A stretch of DNA of 64,000 nucleotides from Polyangiales bacterium. GTDB lineage: Bacteria; Myxococcota_A; Polyangia; Polyangiales; Polyangiaceae. Under the pieces are notes generated by a model. It searched no databases and was not told the DNA's origin. It saw only the letters and a program-made list of their open reading frames with translations. The translations under genes and the position numbers were made by a program. The stretch covers positions 1 to 64,000 of the forward strand of contig JBBRLQ010000023.1 in the NCBI GenBank assembly GCA_038231275.1. Reading direction: 5' to 3'. Numbering within the stretch: position 1 is the first letter of the stretch; every line of letters begins with the position of its first letter. Below are positions 61,951 to 64,000 of the stretch, piece by piece.

Positions 61951-62742
61951 ATGGGGGTGACTCCCAACGCGTTCGGGATCGCGCGCTCGATCGATCCCGT
62001 GCGGAGTCGGGCGCGGCTCGCAGAGCTGTGCGAGCTCATGATCCGCGACGTCGGCGGCATCGTGATGCCCCACCACGCCGAGACGTACCGTCAGCTCGCG
62101 GGCGATTTCGCCTCGGGTCGCGTCGCGCTCGCGTGGATGCCGCCGCTCCTGTGCATCGAGCTCGACAAGCAGCACGCGACCGCCGAGGTCGTACTGCCTG
62201 TGCGCGGGGGCTCGGTGACGTACTACTCGGCGCTCGTCGCGCGTCGCAGCGGGGGGCCGCGGAGCCTCGCCGACGTCAAGCACGCCAAGGTCGCGTGGGT
62301 CGATCCCGAGAGCTCCTCGGGGTACCTCGTGCCGCGCCTGCATCTCCAGTCCCAAGGCCGCGCGCTCGGCGCGATGTTCGATGGCGAGATGATGGCCGGC
62401 AGCCACGTCGCGGTCCTCGACGCCGTGCAGTCGGGGCGCGTCGACGTCGGCGCGACCTACTGCGCCAGCAAGGCGCCCAAGTGGATGTCGAACGCAGGCG
62501 TCGAGCGACCGCTCGACGCGCTCACGATCACCGGTGCGATCCCGAACGACGCCCTCGTCCTGTCGCCGGCCTTGACCGCCAACCAGCGCGCGAAGATCCA
62601 GCGCTGGTTCATCATGGATATGCCGGCGCGCGCGCGTCAGCTCACGCTCGACCTCATGGGCGCGTCGGAATTCCGCGCGGGCTCGCTCAGCCATTTCGCG
62701 CCCCTCAGGCGAATGCTCGCGGCCGCCAGCTACGCGATGTGA
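61951..62742 (+). CDS. PhnD/phosphonate-binding-like protein
   Basis: YYSALVAR, AWVDPESSSGYLVP, GSHVAVLDAVQSGRVDVGAT, IPNDAL. Confidence 0.85.
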   Translation: MGVTPNAFGIARSIDPVRSRARLAELCELMIRDVGGIVMPHHAETYRQLAGDFASGRVALAWMPPLLCIELDKQHATAEVVLPVRGGSVTYYSALVARRSGGPRSLADVKHAKVAWVDPESSSGYLVPRLHLQSQGRALGAMFDGEMMAGSHVAVLDAVQSGRVDVGATYCASKAPKWMSNAGVERPLDALTITGAIPNDALVLSPALTANQRAKIQRWFIMDMPARARQLTLDLMGASEFRAGSLSHFAPLRRMLAAASYAM

Positions 62743-62771
62743 GCCGGAGTTTCTGCTAACTTGGCGGGGAA

Positions 62772-64000
62772 ATGCACGCCGCATGGTGGATGCTCGGGGC
62801 CCTCGCCGTGCTGGCGATCGGGTACCGCTACTACTCCGCGTTCCTCTCGGCGCGCGTCCTGTGCCTCGACGACCGGCGAGTGACCGCCGCGCACACGCAC
62901 GCCGACGGCCACGATTTCCACCCGACGAACCGCTGGGTCCTCTTCGGCCACCACTTCGCCGCGATCACCGGCGCCGGCCCCCTCATCGGCCCCGTCCTCG
63001 CCGCGCAGTTCGGCTTCTATCCGGGGTTCCTGTGGATCCTCTTCGGCGTGGTCCTCGGCGGCGCCGTCCACGACTTCGTCATCCTCGTCGCGAGCACCCG
63101 GCGCGGCGGGCGCAGCCTCGCGGAGATCGCGAAGGACGAGCTGGGGCCGACGCTCGGCCTCGTCACCGCCGTCGCGATCCTCTTCATCGTCGTCATCGCG
63201 CTCGCGGGCCTCGGCAACGTCGTCGTGGGCGCCCTCATGGAGAGCGCGTGGGGCGTCTTCACGGTGAGCGCCTCGATCCCGATCGCGCTGGCGATGGGCT
63301 TCTACATTTACAGAGTCCGCGGCGGCACAGTGCGCGCGATCAAAGAGGCGTCGGTCGGGGGCGTGATCCTCCTCCTCGCCGCGCTCATCCTCGGCAAGAC
63401 GGTCGGCGATTCGTCCTACGCGGTGTACCTGAAGCTGGGCAAGACGCCGCTGACGCTTGCGATGGCGGCGTACGGGTTCGCGGCCAGCGTCCTCCCGGTG
63501 TGGCTCCTCCTCTGCCCGCGCGACTACCTCTCCAGCTACCTGAAGATCGGCACGATCGGCGCGCTCGTCGTCGGCGTCGTCGTCGTGAACCCCGAGATCC
63601 AGATGCCGGGGGTGACCGAGTACATCCACGGGGGCGGTCCCATCCTGAAGGGGCCGCTCTTTCCGTTCGTGTTCATCACGATCGCGTGCGGCGCGATCAG
63701 CGGGTTTCACGGCCTCGTCGCGAGCGGCACCACGCCGAAGATGATCGATCGCGAGAGCGACTGCAGGCCCATCGGCTACGGCGCGATGCTGATGGAGGGG
63801 CTCGTCGGCATCACGGCGCTGATCGCCGCGTGCGTCCTGCCGCCGGAGGACTACGTCACGATCAACACCGATCCCAAGGTCGCGATCGTCGCGAGCGACG
63901 CCACGCACGGCGAAGGGCTCGCGCGCTCGCGCGAAGAGCTGATGAACGCCGCCGTCCACTTCGACGCGCACGACCGGAAGCTCCTCGAGCTCGACGCGCG
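62772..64000 (+). CDS. cstA: Carbon starvation protein A family transporter, 3' end outside window
   Basis: Manual translation: GYRYYS, DGHDFHPTNRWVLFGHHFAAITGAGPLIGP, GAVHD, PRDYLS, TIACGAISGFH. Confidence 0.96.
   Translation, partial: MHAAWWMLGALAVLAIGYRYYSAFLSARVLCLDDRRVTAAHTHADGHDFHPTNRWVLFGHHFAAITGAGPLIGPVLAAQFGFYPGFLWILFGVVLGGAVHDFVILVASTRRGGRSLAEIAKDELGPTLGLVTAVAILFIVVIALAGLGNVVVGALMESAWGVFTVSASIPIALAMGFYIYRVRGGTVRAIKEASVGGVILLLAALILGKTVGDSSYAVYLKLGKTPLTLAMAAYGFAASVLPVWLLLCPRDYLSSYLKIGTIGALVVGVVVVNPEIQMPGVTEYIHGGGPILKGPLFPFVFITIACGAISGFHGLVASGTTPKMIDRESDCRPIGYGAMLMEGLVGITALIAACVLPPEDYVTINTDPKVAIVASDATHGEGLARSREELMNAAVHFDAHDRKLLELDA

Overview
Very GC-rich chromosomal window (about 70% by eye, not computed). 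Gene content points to a myxobacterium (Myxococcota, Polyangiaceae/Labilithrix-like; inference): Hanks kinases, many Cys-rich lipoproteins, ECF/anti-sigma, sigma54-type promoters. Recognisable genes: an RpoD-like sigma factor (cut by the left edge), an ABC exporter, a beta-propeller/di-haem cytochrome c, an MBL hydrolase, a DAGK-family kinase, a BASS symporter, a TatT-type TRAP system, MATE, pal-cpoB, carB, a lytic transglycosylase, addB/addA-like genes, radC, GH114, SGNH and alpha/beta hydrolases, a PhnD-like protein and cstA (cut by the right edge). I saw no rRNA, tRNA, CRISPR array, transposase or integrase. Best candidates for undescribed biology: (1) an apparently split, order-swapped vitamin-K-dependent carboxylase (HTTM) gene pair facing an Asp/Cys-rich lipoprotein; (2) a circularly permuted, PDZ-less SpoIVB-type protease paired with a secreted beta-propeller protein; (3) a 32-bp REP-like family built from GCGNAGC mini-hairpins that always sits just after a stop codon; (4) a 685-bp one-gene cassette bounded by a duplicated 3' end of the GH114 gene; (5) a tightly coupled FliJ/SctO-like, Slt, AddB, AddA operon in which both nuclease domains carry Fe-S-type cysteines. 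All family calls come from motif recognition, with no database search. Start codons were chosen by eye.
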